Origin: the human T2T-CHM13v2.0 reference genome, Homo sapiens
Length of the DNA: 64,000 nt
Reading direction: 5' to 3' (one strand)
Assembly: GCF_009914755.1 (NCBI RefSeq)
Contig: NC_060927.1
The position numbers and the translations under genes are program-made. Below, in pieces: positions 25,702 through 43,933 of the stretch; position 1 is the first letter of the stretch, and every line of letters begins with the position of its first letter. The notes beneath the pieces were generated by a model. That model was given only the letters and a program-made list of their open reading frames with translations, had not been told where the DNA came from and searched no databases.

Positions 25702-26169
25702 CAAGATAAGCTTAGGATGCCCAAATGGACCTAGTTCTAGTTATTATCTTATCCCCAGTTCCTAGCACAGTGCCTGATACATAGTTGAAGGTTAATAAAT
25801 TATAATTAAATGGATAAATGATGGTGGTGGACAAAGAGTAGATTGGGCTCTCTAGACCAATGATTATAAATCATGGCTGAATATCAGAAGAACCTTAGGA
25901 AATTCTAACACTATAGTTTTAGGATGAAGTCCAGGATGATGAATTTTCATAAAGCTCCACAAATAATTTTGTAATGCATGCTCATGTAAGAATCACTGTA
26001 CTCAAAAGGGAGAATTGCACATGTTGAGAATCAGAGACCCAAGGCTGCTTATTACAGGTAGATCATTAAGAATGCATCAAGAAGTAGCCTAAGGCATTTG
26101 GGATAGAATTATCAACAAAGCAAAGGAAGTTCTTCTCTCCCACTTATGAGGGAGGATGGGACCTAAAAA

Positions 26170-26912
26170 TATTTTTTTTCAGTTGATATATAGTAGTTGT
26201 ACATATTTTGGGGGTACATGTGATATTTTCATGCGTATATACAATAATCATGTATGTAATGATCTAATCAAGGTAACTGGGATATCCATCACTGCAAACA
26301 TTTATCTTTATGTGGGAACATTACATTCCTTCTAGCTATTTTGAAATATATAACAAATTATGGTTAACTATAATTTTCCTACTTTACTATCAAATACTAG
26401 AACTTATTCCTTCTGTCTAATAGTATTTTCATCCCCATTCACTAACTTGTCTTTCTCCTCCCTTCTCCCTTCCCTTTCCAGCCTCTGGTAACCACCGTTC
26501 TACTTTCTATGTCCATGAGATCCACTTTTTTAGGCCCCACACCTGAGGGAGAATATGAGATATCTGTCTTTGTATACCTGGCTTATTAAACTTAATGACC
26601 TCTAGTTCTATCTATGTTGCTGAGAATGACAAGATTCAATTCTTTTTATGGCTGAATAATATTTTGTTGTGTATATATGACACATTTTCTTTATTTGTTC
26701 ATTTGTTGATGGACACTTAGGTTGATTCCATATGTTGGCTATTGTGAATTGTGCTGCAATAAACATGAGAATGCAGATCTCTCTTCAATATACAATTTCC
26801 TTTCTTTTGGATATATACCCAACAGTGAGATTGCTGGATCATATGGTAATTCTATTTTGTTTTTTTGAGAAGTTTTAATACTGGTTTCCATAATCGCTAG
26901 ACTCTTTACATT
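26170..26912 (-). mobile_element. L1MA 3' end
   Basis: GTACATATTTTGGGGGTACATGTGAT...GGATATCCATCAC...TTTTTATGGCTGAATAATA...GGATATATACCCAACAGTGAGATTGCTGGATCATATGG. Confidence 0.85.
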
Positions 26913-26929
26913 TTGCTAGATGACTGGCC

Positions 26930-27400
26930 TCACCTGAATCTCCTAAAACCTAGTAACAAGGTCTGGTGTGCAGGTAGTTATATTTGGAGTTGATTCCTAG
27001 AAACAGGGCCAGAGAACGTGTAAAAGAAGGAGAAAAAAGGAGTGTGCTATTGAGTTGGCAAACAACATGGGCAACTTCATCTAAACAGACCTTCTGAGGA
27101 GCTTCCAAAACAACTTTCAGAATTTCCCACCAGATCATCTCGAAAAAGAAACATTTATCAACTCCAGTACCCACTGAAGGTTGCCCTAGGGTGTACTAAC
27201 TCCTCTGTACTTCTACGTATGCCAAAAAGAGAAACCCTCAGCCGAAAAGCAAAAGATGTGCTATACACACTTAAGAGTGAGCTGCTAGGAGAGCAAGATG
27301 AGTTAAATTTCATATGGAACTAGGCAAAAGCCACAGTGGACATCAGAGATGAAGCTGAGGGGATGGAGGTAAGAGGGATACAGCAGGAATCTGGTACCTT
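26930..27400 (-). mobile_element. Old ERVL LTR (LTR16/LTR33-like)
   Basis: GTGCAGGTAGTTATATTTGGAGTTGATTCCTAGAAACA resembles LTR16/33 antisense. Confidence 0.45.
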
Positions 27401-28819
27401 GACCTTCAAGATTTATTTTAATAAATTATCTAAGCTCATTCAACTTATTTGCAGCACATGTTAAGAATTATTACCCCCTCATCAGAGCACATCCTTTAGT
27501 TGATGTATGTGTATTTAACCTATTATTTTAGAATTTGGCATAATTATTGGCTGTGTCCTCATCTGAATATATAGAATTTCTCACAACATCCTACTTTACA
27601 TAGTAGGTAGGTCATCTATAATTGCTTGTTTAGAAAAATTATTTATGAAGATTTTGTTACTCTCTTTTGGCATCACACTACAAAAACATTTTTTTCCAGG
27701 TTTCATGATAAGTAATAAAATTACCTCATTCTATAAATGAAGATAATATTATATCTCAATCCACCATAATCAAATAAGCTTAAAGGCACCATTGGAAATA
27801 CGGATATCTATATATATGGTGTTGCCAAGGAAGGTTGACTGAATGAAGTAGTATTCTGTTCATCTTAGTAAATTCTTCAAAATCCTTCCTCCAAACCTCA
27901 GGCTTTCATATGTAGGAACTCACTTTCTCAGTGCCTCAAATTTTATCAGGATCATGAATGCTAATCAGATATAGATAGATGTGTCAGCTTCTTGAATCAA
28001 AATCTACATGTATTTTGTTCGCTATGTATAAAGTATCCCCATGGCCTCAACTAAAATGCCTTCTGGGACTCGGCAGGGAATGTGAATAAGTGACATTATA
28101 GGAGTGCAGACCCAGTGGGAATTGGACAGTATATGCCCTATTTAAAGGCACCCAATTATTATTATTTCAAAATACTATGTGGCTAAATAAAGTAATGATA
28201 ATAACAAAAACAATAAACTGTTATTGATGTTATCTAATAGTTGGTAGAAATAAACACTTTATTATTAGTATTATCATTATTATCATCATTATCATTATAT
28301 TTTCATCTTATGTACTCTACTATTTGATTTATGAAATTTAAATATTATCCTTTGGCTCCCACATGTTATCTATTCAGCAACCAATACATTTATTCAATTT
28401 TCCTCTTTCTTCTTTTTTATGTTTATTTCTACTAGATCAGGTCACATAACCTTATGTACTCTTGTTCCTCCCTTGTCTTCAGCTTTGTTGTATTGCTAGA
28501 TCTTAAAAAAACGTCTAGCCAATGTTTACTTTACTCCTTCTGTTCAGGTTTTTCTTGCCATATCCCCATTGGATGAAGGTCTTCCTTTGGTCCACCCTTC
28601 AAGAAAGGGTCTGGAGTATAATATCCCTCAAGTCTTTGAATGTTTAAATTTGCTTTCCTACAGTTTCAATACTTGAAAGACATTTGGCTGGATGTAAAAT
28701 TGTGAGTCATATATCTTTTCCTTGAATTTACTGAAATTTCTTGTACCACTATTATTTATTTTGCTTATTACTGTCAAGATCCTACTGATCTTATGTTTCA
28801 TAAGAAATGTGGTCTTTTT

Positions 28820-29161
28820 GGCACAGCGTGGTGGCTCCTGCTTATAATCCTAGCACTTTGGGAGCTGGGGCAGGAAGATCACTAGAGCTCAGAAATTTGA
28901 AACCAGCCTGGGTAACACAGTAGGAAGGAAGGAAGAAAGGAAGGAAGGAAGGAAGGAAGGACAGAGAGAGAGAGAGAAAGAAAGAAAGAAAAGAAAGGAA
29001 GGAAGGAAGGAAGGAAGGAAGGAAGGAAGGAAGGAAGAAAAAGAAAGAAAAGGGAGGGAGGGAGGGAGGGGAAAGAAAAGAAAAGAAAGGAAAGAAAGGG
29101 AAGGGAAGGGGAGGGGAGGGAAGGGAAGGGAAGAAAGAGAGAGAAAGAGAGAAAGAAAGAG

Positions 29162-29191
<30 letters not shown>
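28820..29191 (+). mobile_element. Alu left monomer (FLAM-like) whose tail is a long purine repeat
   Basis: Monomer at 28820-28921. Exact 17-bp TSD AGAAATGTGGTCTTTTT at 28803-28819 and 29192-29208. Confidence 0.85.
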
Positions 29192-29194
<3 letters not shown>

Positions 29195-29196
29195 AA
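28922..29196 (+). repeat. Compound polypurine microsatellite (GGAA/GAAA/GA/GGGA)
   Basis: 275 nt of A/G with a single C (28962); includes (GGAA)10 at 28997-29036. Confidence 0.95.
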
Positions 29197-29498
29197 TGTG
29201 GTCTTTTTATTCTGGAATAACCAATTTTTTTATTTCTATAGCATTAAAGCCTGTCAGTCTGTTCTCTAGGATGTGTCCCAACCTTGATTCTCCAGGAATA
29301 TTGACCCCTTTCAATAAATAGATTGAGATTTTCTATTTCTGGAAAGTTTTCTTTGATTATAGTTTTAAATAGTTAGTTTTAAACATTAGTTTGTTTCATT
29401 GTTTTTCTTGGATCTTCTGCCTATCTTCTGTATCACTTTATCACTCTTTCTTTTTCTCGTCTGCTTCATTCCTCTCCTTAATGTCTTTTCTATTTTAG

Positions 29499-29854
<356 letters not shown>

Positions 29855-30519
29855 TGAGATAATGTTGAATTTTTCTTCAATTTACTTCCTAGGATTTGTC
29901 AACACTCATATCACATCTTCCTATTTTGGCCCATTTCTAGTCTGAATTTTTGTCTAATTTAAGGTCTTTCATATTTACAAGTGTTCGTTTAAAGATATTT
30001 AATTTATATCAGAGTACTGTTTTACAAGTTTTCCATTTTATGATTTCACATGCAGGTGACATAATTTTAATTAGCTGAGGAGTTTTGATGTTCATATTCT
30101 GTTTTCTTCTTACAGTAGCTTTATATTGTTATTGCTTGCCATTTTCTGTTTGTTTTTAAATGTCCTAAATTTTCCTGGGTGAATAATAGCATGAGTTTCT
30201 GTGTTGGGAGTCTGGGATTTAGGTGGTTTATCAGGTTTCTTAGTTCAAGAATGTACTTTTTGGTTGGCACAGTGAAACGCAGGTTGTTAAATGTAGTGTT
30301 TGTGAAATAGAAGAGGGCTGTGTGTTTCGATTCTGTAATTTTCATGTTTCTTTTAGACCCTTAATTTATAAACTTGCTTTGTTCTTTCCCTTCACTGCCA
30401 AGCCTCCAAGGGAAGACTTTCCCTATTAAGATAGCTCATCTCTTCCAGAAAGCATTACTCTTGCAAGACTAATACTTGTGGTCGTAGGCACATCCAAATC
30501 CTTTCCATTTGACCCGCCC

Positions 30520-30890
30520 TACATTAGTTACCATCTATTGCTGTATAATAGATCATCCTGAATCGGGTGCCTTAAAGCAAGAAACAATTATTATACCACA
30601 GTTCCTGTGGGAAAGGAACTTGGAAAGCAGTTTAAGGGGGAGATTTTGGCTCAGGGCCTCTCATGAGGTGGCAATGAGATGTCAGCCAGGGCTGCAGTCA
30701 CTTAAAGGGTTGACTATGGCTGAGGGATTCTCTTCCAAGCTGTTGGCAGGAGACCTCTGTTCTCTGGATGTTAGCTGGAGATCTCAGTTCCTCTTCATGT
30801 AGGCTTCTTCATAGGGTTGCTTGAGTGTCCTCAGAACATGGCAGCTGGCTTCTCCAGAGTGATTACAGAGACAGAGAGAGAAAGAGACAG
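30520..30890 (-). mobile_element. MaLR LTR fragment (MLT1F-like), ending in GA/GAT microsatellites
   Basis: CTATTGCTGTATAA...CTTAAAGCAAG...GGCTCAGGGCCTCTCATGAGGT...CATGGCAGCTGGCTTCTCCAGAG. Confidence 0.65.
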
Positions 30891-31886
30891 AGATGATGAT
30901 GATGATGATGTTAGTTTTTCCCAGTTGCATCTACTTCTTTTCTGTGTAATATGTTTGACTATTCACCCTGGCATGGGCTTCTCAGGTAATTGTACATAAA
31001 TTGAAGGTTGTAATATGTTTTCTTTCCTTGTAATGCTATAGGCATAGATTGTAATTTTTCTCTCTCTCTTTCTCTCTCTTTTCTAAATGCTCTGTATGGG
31101 TTTGGTAAGTAAAGTAGAAACATTTGTATTCAAGCAGCATTATCCTGAGAGAAACTGGATGTCTCCCAGTAAATAATTTTTTGGCTGTCCTCTGTAGGCC
31201 AAGACCAATAAATAATTTTTGAACATGTGAATGAATGAATAAATTGATGCAAAATGAAAAGGCTAATTTATTGAATGAAATGACACTGACCATTATGGAG
31301 ACTGGATTCTTGTGAACATATAATCAGATTCTTTTGTTTCTGGAGAAAATTGGAACCCATATTATAACCACAATGTTCCTGGGTAAGAATAGAATGGGTA
31401 AATTGGATTCAGTTGTAAAATTGGAAAGTTTAGTATCATTAGACCTTCTTATGTGACCACAGTGCTGCCATTGGCATGATAGTTGCTTGGCAGGATGGTC
31501 TCAAAAGGAAGGTAAAACCAATAACCTGTTCGGTGAGTAAGCCCTTACTTTGTACTCAGGCTTCTCAGAACCATGTTCTACTGTCTCAAAACATGCCTGT
31601 ATTGGTTGGAAATATTGTCTTTTCATGCACATACATTACAACATGAACAATGGGAACACACACATTCACACTTGTAGATAGGGGCTCATGCACACCTGCC
31701 TATTCAGATAGGACCCAGCTCTTTACCTCATGGAGAGAAATCCTGGCAGAATGGAAGCACTCAAACTTTAAAATCAGACCTGGGTTCCATAGGTCACAGT
31801 GGGCTCTCTACTTAGAGAACGTGACCAGGATACTACATCTCTCTGGGCCTCAGGTTATGTGTCCAGATCCTTAAGACAATTTTTAA

Positions 31887-32463
<577 letters not shown>

Positions 32464-32471
32464 ACTAATTT

Positions 32472-36245
<3,774 letters not shown>

Positions 36246-36820
36246 AGTATTATTTATGAATAGGGCCCAAACCTACAATGGTTGTGAAAATGGGCAAACA
36301 TGCTGCAAATCAAGCTTGCATTCACAATAGGTCTCATTTTTGGTGGTGGTGTTATTTTACTTGTTTGTTTGTACAACATCATTTCCAATGATTCCATTTA
36401 AGTAGGCATTTCTCTTACTGGTAGTAAATTTTAGATTATGTGGTTAAAAACACCAAACAAGTCATAAGACTAAGTTATCAAAGACAAAGTTTAGAAATGT
36501 TACTACTTCTAAAACTATGGAATTGGGAATTACCAGAATTCTTTTTAATAATTTTTTTTAAAGCACACCTCAAAAATGTATCTATAGAAGCCTCAAATTC
36601 TGAACAAATCAACATAGGATGAATATTCAAAAGTAGGGGACTTTCTATTCATTGAAAAATCAAAACAAAACACACACACGCACACACACCCCCCAAAACA
36701 GCTGGCATTACACTTCATGGAAGTCTTTCAAATCCTAGGACACATCTGTCTAAAATGAATCTAGATTTCTTTGAACATTGACACTTGGTTTTAAGGATTA
36801 AGAGACACGATAGTGATTCT

Positions 36821-36839
36821 GTTCCACCAGAGGGCACCA
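36821..36839 (+). promoter_or_regulatory. CTCF core motif followed by a ZNF143-like motif
   Basis: GTTCCACCAGAGGGCACCA (core CCACCAGAGGGCAC), followed by ACTACAATCCAGCAAGC at 36843-36859. Confidence 0.65.
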
Positions 36840-38749
36840 CAGACTACAATCCAGCAAGCGTGCTTGTGGGTCTGGGTACATAAACTCAATAATTTAAAGC
36901 AGCTACTTCTAGGCTTTGCATTTTTCTAACATAGAGAGATTTTTAACTTCAACAATGAGTATTATTGATTTTTCAATAAGGTAGGATTTATTTTAAACAC
37001 ATTAATTTCACTATACACTTCTGAAATTTTTACCCCCACATGGAAAACAAACAAAAATAAAATGGAAACAGTAGCTTAATCTTACATGTATATGTGTACT
37101 TCCATGAGGTTATTTATTTCCAAGTCCGGTAATGGAAAGCTGTTTTAGATACAGTAACTCTATGACAAAGTCCACCTAAAATTTTGCCTCTTGGGATTCA
37201 TCTGGGAAAAGTATTTGGAATTTGTGGGTTCTGTAGAACAGGTTCTAATATCCAAGGAAACTACAAGAAGCAAGGCTTTCCCCTCCAGATGTTTCTTAGC
37301 ACTAGAAATAAAATGTGTCCTTCCATTTCCAACTCAGTAGGGCTTTGAGAAACTCCTGCCGCCTTCAGCACAGAGGATGCCCCAGCCCATCGCCTATTGA
37401 AAATCCAGGCTTTGCCTCAAATCTCTGACAATCAAATGCTTTCAAGCTATTCTTTAGTTTGCTTCAAATGCTGGGCCTATAAAGACAGATTTACTTATAT
37501 TCCCTTTGTACTCTGAGGAGCAAATTTTATCAGCTGAAAGCTCGCTTGCAGTCTCCTTTGAGTGTTCAGTAAGCCAAACTGCTTGTGAAGTATAACCCCC
37601 ATGACTGCTTTCCACAGACTGATTAGGACTGAAATAGTGAATTTGAAAATGCAGCACCAGTTGAAATTCATGGGCTGACAGAGGATCACAGCTGATCATA
37701 ATTTCTCATGTGAAAATGTGATTTCCCTCCCCCTGTTTCCTCTTGGTAAGCTGCTGAAAAGTATTAAGTGAGTTTCCTAGCCTGTGGTCAGGGATGTCTG
37801 CACTTGTGCTGCTGGGGAGACACAATTAGGAGGAACAAAGGTATCAGAACTCCAGGCTCTGACTTTTTAGGCTTACCAAGAGATAGCTTTCAGGCCTATG
37901 AACTGATGAATCCTATACCAAGGGGTGCAGGAGGAGGGAAGCAAATACTCTTAAACAGCTTAAGCCTCTCCCCTAGTTTAATATATTTTCCACAATCACT
38001 TTGGATAACAACATGATCTTGTATCTAATGCTATCTCACAGACAACACAGCTTTGAGGCTGAGTGGTCATCGAAATCCTGAAAGCGCCCTCCCACCTTCC
38101 CGGAGACTCTGGATAGTTAACCTAATTGTTTCTATTTTTATATAGCAATTAACAAATTACTAAAATTTGTTAAGAGAGTAAGTCCGAATGTTAAATGTTG
38201 CTACCAAAAAAACTGAAACAAAGGAATATAAGAAAAATAAATATTTTATAATTTTAAAAAATTATTAAACCATTTAAATATATAACTAAATGGATATTCC
38301 ACAGAGCATTTAATTACTTTGTTAGCAAACATAATTTTTCTTCTGGCTCCCCTCCCCTTTCCCACAATATCATGTTTTTCTTATTCTAATCCTGCCCAAT
38401 GCTACACTATTTTACATTTTCTACAAAATCTAAATCCTCCCCTTACAAAATTTAATTTTATGAGAATTCCTGCCTGCTACATGTTTGAGCGATTTAATGG
38501 GGAACATGGCCTCTCACACTGGGGCCCCAGATTAACGTAAATAGTAAATAGAATTGGCAAGTTGTAATTGATAATTCAAAACTCTTGGTATGGGCATTCA
38601 GTCTGAGTAAAGCAGTATATTCTTTTGCACTGGAATTACAGAAAACCAGTGTGCTTACATTGATCAGAATCTATTTGGTAATTAAGTGTTTCTGACTCAT
38701 ATAAATAGGAAACGAAATGGTTACTAAGAAAATATATGGAGTTCTCCAT

Positions 38750-39940
38750 CACCCATTCATCCCTACTCTTCTAATTGCTCTCTGGCCCTCCTTCCCTTCA
38801 AAGTATTTAAGGATTTGAAAGAGATGTTTGTTATTCATTCATACTTCTCATTTCCCACTTTCTCCACAACCCCCAGAGATTGATTCCTGCTTCCAAACCT
38901 ACTTAATCCTTGTATGTGAAAGCTACCAATGACTTTCTAGTTGCCAAGATCAACATAGAAAAGTTTTCCTGTCCAAATTCGATTTGCCTTTCTCTAACAT
39001 CTGGCATCATAGAGTTTCTTCCTTCACTGATTCTCTCATCTGATTTAACTTTCTGTCTCTGGTTGTTTCCTCTCTGCCTCTTCCTTCCTCCTTTGCATAT
39101 GTTTACACATTCTCTTGGGTTCCATGCCAATTCTTTCTTAGTCTATGCGCCCCCTAAATCACCTAATCCTGACTTCAACTACCATTTAAGTAATGACATT
39201 ATTGAACGTTTTCTCTTGTTCAGATTTCTAATTCAGCTGGACATTTCTGTCTCCTGAATTTCCCCACCAGGAGGTCTGGAGTGGAGAAAATGCTATGTGT
39301 CCACCTAAACCTTTGCTTCATATTTGTGTTTTACTAGACATTTGCCAACCTTCCTTGCAGTTATGCAGGCTGTATGATAGACATAGGGCTAATGGGATGT
39401 GGTTAGAATCAACACAGATCACTTCTGTGTATCATCCGTATCATGGTCTGTGCGATCACCCGAGCTCTTTCTCTTCCCCGACAGCATTAAAAGATGATAG
39501 TTTCACAGGTTCACCAGCCAGAAACATTTGCACCAGATTTTGCTGGAAAGAAGAGTCAAGTTTTGTTAGGCCACTGAGAATTGCAGTTGTTAGTTACAGC
39601 AGTTAGACCACTCCAACTATTGCAGCATAATAAAGGATTTAGTATCTCTAAAATGGAACTCAATTTGCTCTACAAGACAAATTTCCTATCTCAGTGAATG
39701 GGAACACCAGTTTGCCCAAACCAGAGAATTTAAAGGCTCTCAAAATTTATGCTTCAAACTTTTCCCACATTAAGTTAAGTTTCTTACCAAAACATGTTAA
39801 TTTGAACTTTTTAGCATGGACACTCTCTAGTTCAGGCCTTCATGGTTTCCTAATTGTTCTTTGCTTTTGGCCTCCCCTCCCATCATTTGAAGTCCATTTC
39901 CTACACCCTTTGAAGGATAATCTTGTTCTTTTTAATTATT
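38750..39940 (+). mobile_element. L2 fragments with an inserted old MLT1 LTR (~39270-39625)
   Basis: AGCTACCAATGACTTTCTAGTTGCCAA...CAGCTGGACATTTC and CAGTGAATGGGAACACCA...CCAAACCAGAGA (L2); AGGCCACTGAGAATTGCAGTTGTTAGTTACAGCAG (MLT1 end). Confidence 0.55.
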
Positions 39941-39949
39941 TCCTTTCAC

Positions 39950-41480
39950 TTTAAAAATTAATAGCACCAATATTGTGCTAAGAAATAAATATATGCGTAT
40001 TTTAGAAATATTGGAGAACTCAGAAAAGTATTAACTAGAAAATAAAAGTCAATTACAACCTTGAGACCCCATGTAAACACTATTAAACATTTGGTTCATG
40101 GGTTCCTATGTTATTTTTATGTTTGTGTTTGTAATCTATTTATATGCCTATAGATAGATATACCTAAAATTCTAAATTTCATAGATAGGTATAGCTAAAA
40201 TTGTAAATTTAATGTTTATATCAAAGTAATACATGTATAACTTTTAAAAGTTGATTATTAATACAGCATTTGTACTGAAAACCAACCGTTCCCTGTCTCA
40301 TTCCTGCCTATTTTTATTCTACTCCTTAGAGGCAAATGCTTTCAAGTATTTTAGTAACTTATTATTGATGTGTTTTTCTCCATATTTTTAAGTGGCATGC
40401 AATTCACTTTTTTAAAAATTGTATCTATTATCTACTGACTTCCTGCTATATAAAATGAGAATTTAGTTTTATTACATCCTATTTCCCCACACAAACCTAC
40501 TTGACAATAAAATTATGTCACTCTTTTTGGTTAAATGCATGATATTTACATTTTATTATGCTATAATTACTTAAAACTGAGGTTCTTAAGTACACTGATT
40601 ATGTTCTTGCTCAAGTTTTTCTTTTTCCTGGCATTTACTTCGTTTACTATATATCTATCATGAATTTATATCTTAAAAAAAAACACAAACATTCTTTTCA
40701 CTACATAAAACCACTTTAGATATTTAATTAAATACACTGTGGGGGCAATTTCCCTATTAAAGCCCTCCATATTCATGTTCCAATCAGGACTATATATTTT
40801 TAGAATCTATAATATGTAAATAATGCTTATAAATCAATAATAAAAAGAAAAATGAAAAGAGGTGAATGACTATTTACAAAGGGAAGACAATGGTCAATAA
40901 ACATGAAAAGCTACTCCATTTTATGAGTGCTGGCAAAATTAAAACGCTTGAAGATACTAAGTTTATTAGAAAATTAAACATTTTATTACTCTGTAAATAT
41001 CACTTAAAACAGGCTTTTAAGTACAGAGGCTCTTGGTACAACCTTTTGAGGGAGTAGCAGACTGTGCATAACCTAGATATTATATACCGTAAAGCAACTC
41101 TTGCTCATATATCTGAGCAGACATGTACATGTAGGCATTTTGCAGCATTGTTCTTAATAGCTCCTAATGGGAATAATTCCAATGTCCATCAATAGAACAT
41201 TGAATAAATAAAATATGGTATCTTAATGCAGTGGAATGCAGTACTGCAGTGAAATTAATAAAATCCATATCTGTATGAATGAATCTCAAATAATAAACAC
41301 AGAGAAACAATAAAATGCCAATTTTAATATAGTGGTTATTCCTGGGAGAAAGGTGTTGGGGAAGAAATGGTACAGAAATACACACAGGACTTTAACTGTA
41401 TTAGCATTTTCTTTGTGAAGCAGCATGGTGACTATATTATTCCTCATACCTCTTTGATTTAAATATTTCATAATCTATAA
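39950..41480. mobile_element. Old L1ME-type fragments
   Basis: 40810-41480 on + resembles an L1ME 3' end (GCAGCATTGTTCTTAATAGC...AATGTCCATCAATAGAA...TGGTATCTTAATGCAGTGGAAT). The upstream part is T-rich antisense L1-like sequence. Confidence 0.55.
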
Positions 41481-43933
41481 AAAAGCTCAACTGGAGTCAC
41501 AATACTGTAAGAGAGCATAGTTGGTGTGTTCTTTGAGTATGCAGAAATTGGCTGATAGCATTGGTTGTGAGGTCCCCATTAGATGAATCTCAAGAAACCA
41601 GGTCATGAAAGTAATGTTATTTAACAGAAGAGAAAGAGAAGGGCTAGCCACTTGTTTTTTTCCCATCTCTCTAAACTTCTCTTAGTGACAAGAGGTGCTG
41701 TGTTTGGGTTATATTTTGGGAATAAGTCTCATGGATTGGTCTGTGGCTATTGAGTAATTTCATTTTGACTCAAGGGAACTTTATGTCTGAAGGTGCATTA
41801 AATAGCAATTAAGTAAATACCTGCCTAGAAAAATGTGCTTTGAATGTGCCAGCCTGTTATTATACCTGGGAAATGCCTTCAGAAAAATTCAGCCTGCTGC
41901 AATCCTAAATCTTGCAGACTTGTGTGGAAATGCTGAAGGCTTTTTCAGATTTGCACATACCTTAATGTCACAGAAGTCTGACTTGCTAACTAAGCTAAGA
42001 TACTCTGTCAGTGATGTTTATTAACAGAATTTTGAATTGAGTCCTGATGCTTCTGCATGTGTTTTACTTTAGATTGAACACATTTCTGCATTGAGCTGTC
42101 ATATTTTCCATTGTAATGATAGAAGAACTGCACCAGGGACACAAAATAAAAGGCATTGCATCAGAAGCAAATCACATAACAACCCTAGAAGTTGCATTGT
42201 GCTATATTGTCCGCCATTAAAAGGAACTCTGTTGAGTTCTGCAGGGAAAGAAATGGATTGAAAATTAGAATTCACTCTCATCTTTACTAACTTATGTCTG
42301 GTGGTATGGCAAGTAACTGACTCTCTCAGCATTTGTACTAAAATGTTAAAATGTTTATAGCACTTACAGGGGCATTAGAAGGCTTAATATATGTTTAGAA
42401 ATTCCTACTAATAAGCTGCCTTTCCTCTGAAGCATTCGAGATACTAAAACTAATTAGGTGCTATCTACTCATTAAGTACTAAATGACTGTTTTTATTGAG
42501 TTCTGAGATTCTAAGGAAAAACTTGTGAGGCATAATTATTGTCGGCACTGAATAGTATATATGATGAGTGGCATGAAAACAATTCATTTCATTACTATAG
42601 CAGATTTTAGCTATTTCACTGTAGGAATGGGATAAGGTACTGTTTAAATCAAAAGGTGAAATCAACACTGACATATCTGAACCTTCAGATGGCTCAGGAT
42701 GGACCCTCAGGATTTCATGTGAGTTGAGACTAAGGATAATGAGTTTCTTTATTATCCAATTTGTATCTAGAAAAGTTAACCTCCAGAACTACTGTCTTAG
42801 AAATATTCTAGTGGCTCAGCAGGATGCATAAAGTCTGCTCTTTGGTAGAGAAAAGAATGGTCAAGAACTTAGAAGAGAATGAAATACTACAGCCATATTT
42901 TCAAAATGTCACTCAGAGATTTCTAGAATGACCATCTAAAGTCTGAAGTCAGGGTCAGGGCACTGCAGCACGTCTTAGGTGTTTCCTGTACAGGCAACTT
43001 CATGTGATCATGTCTCAGCTTTCAGCCTGACCATGTCACCACCCTCCCTCCCTCCTGGAAAGTGTTATCTTTGTTTGAGAGAGAGATACTTTTTTTCCCT
43101 TATGTCCGGGTAGATTATACCACAGCATACCTTATGAATTGTATGGGGCAACTTAATAGCACTAGAGGAAACTTGCATTTCAGTGGCTTACTGTAGTTGA
43201 CAGGTAAACCGAAGAATTATCCTGCACAATGCAACTATAAAATGCTTTAGAGTTTCTAAAGTGTTTCCATTACTGTGCTGATTCTAAAGTCAGAGATAAA
43301 AGTCTCATTTTTTATAGCAGCTTTTCCAACTATAGGTATATTTGTTCCTTGCAGAATAACTTCTGTGTGCTGAGAACCAGCTGGGGTTCTCTAATTCTTA
43401 AGTTGTGTTCTTAAAACTTTTAGACGTGAAGAATCTAGAAAACTTGAAGTCTTGTTTGAGATTTATATTATTTTAATTCCAAATAAAAGAAAGTCAATTT
43501 TATATGCCTGATTCTCAAGGAGGAGATGTATTAATATTTGGCTTAAAAATCAAGCTGCAGGGGGAGCAAAATGTAACCGATCTCAGACACATCTGGAACT
43601 AAGAAATTAAATACCAGCAAAACTTTCTTTCTGCCTCTCATCTTTGATTTTTTTTTAATTCCAATTTTTTTATTCTCCTTCCTTTTAGACCAGTACCAGA
43701 GCTGTGCTGATTTATGTCATCTCTAAGTCCTAATTAAAAAAAAAATTCCAGGGAAAGAATTTTGATATGGTTGGAGTCAGGGTTGGTGGTACAAATAACA
43801 AGAAAACCTGATACTCCCAGGAGAATCTAATGGTTATAGCATAGCCAAGAAAAACTCCCTAAGTAAGATGGATTAGTACTTGGGATTTTGCAGCCACCAG
43901 AATTTACCTGCCTGTTCTCCCAAGGATGGAGGT

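Noticed and set aside
43553-43570. Third CTCF-like motif GCTGCAGGGGGAGC
   Set aside because: Three deviations from the core consensus, and it lies within a probable old LTR relic; too weak.
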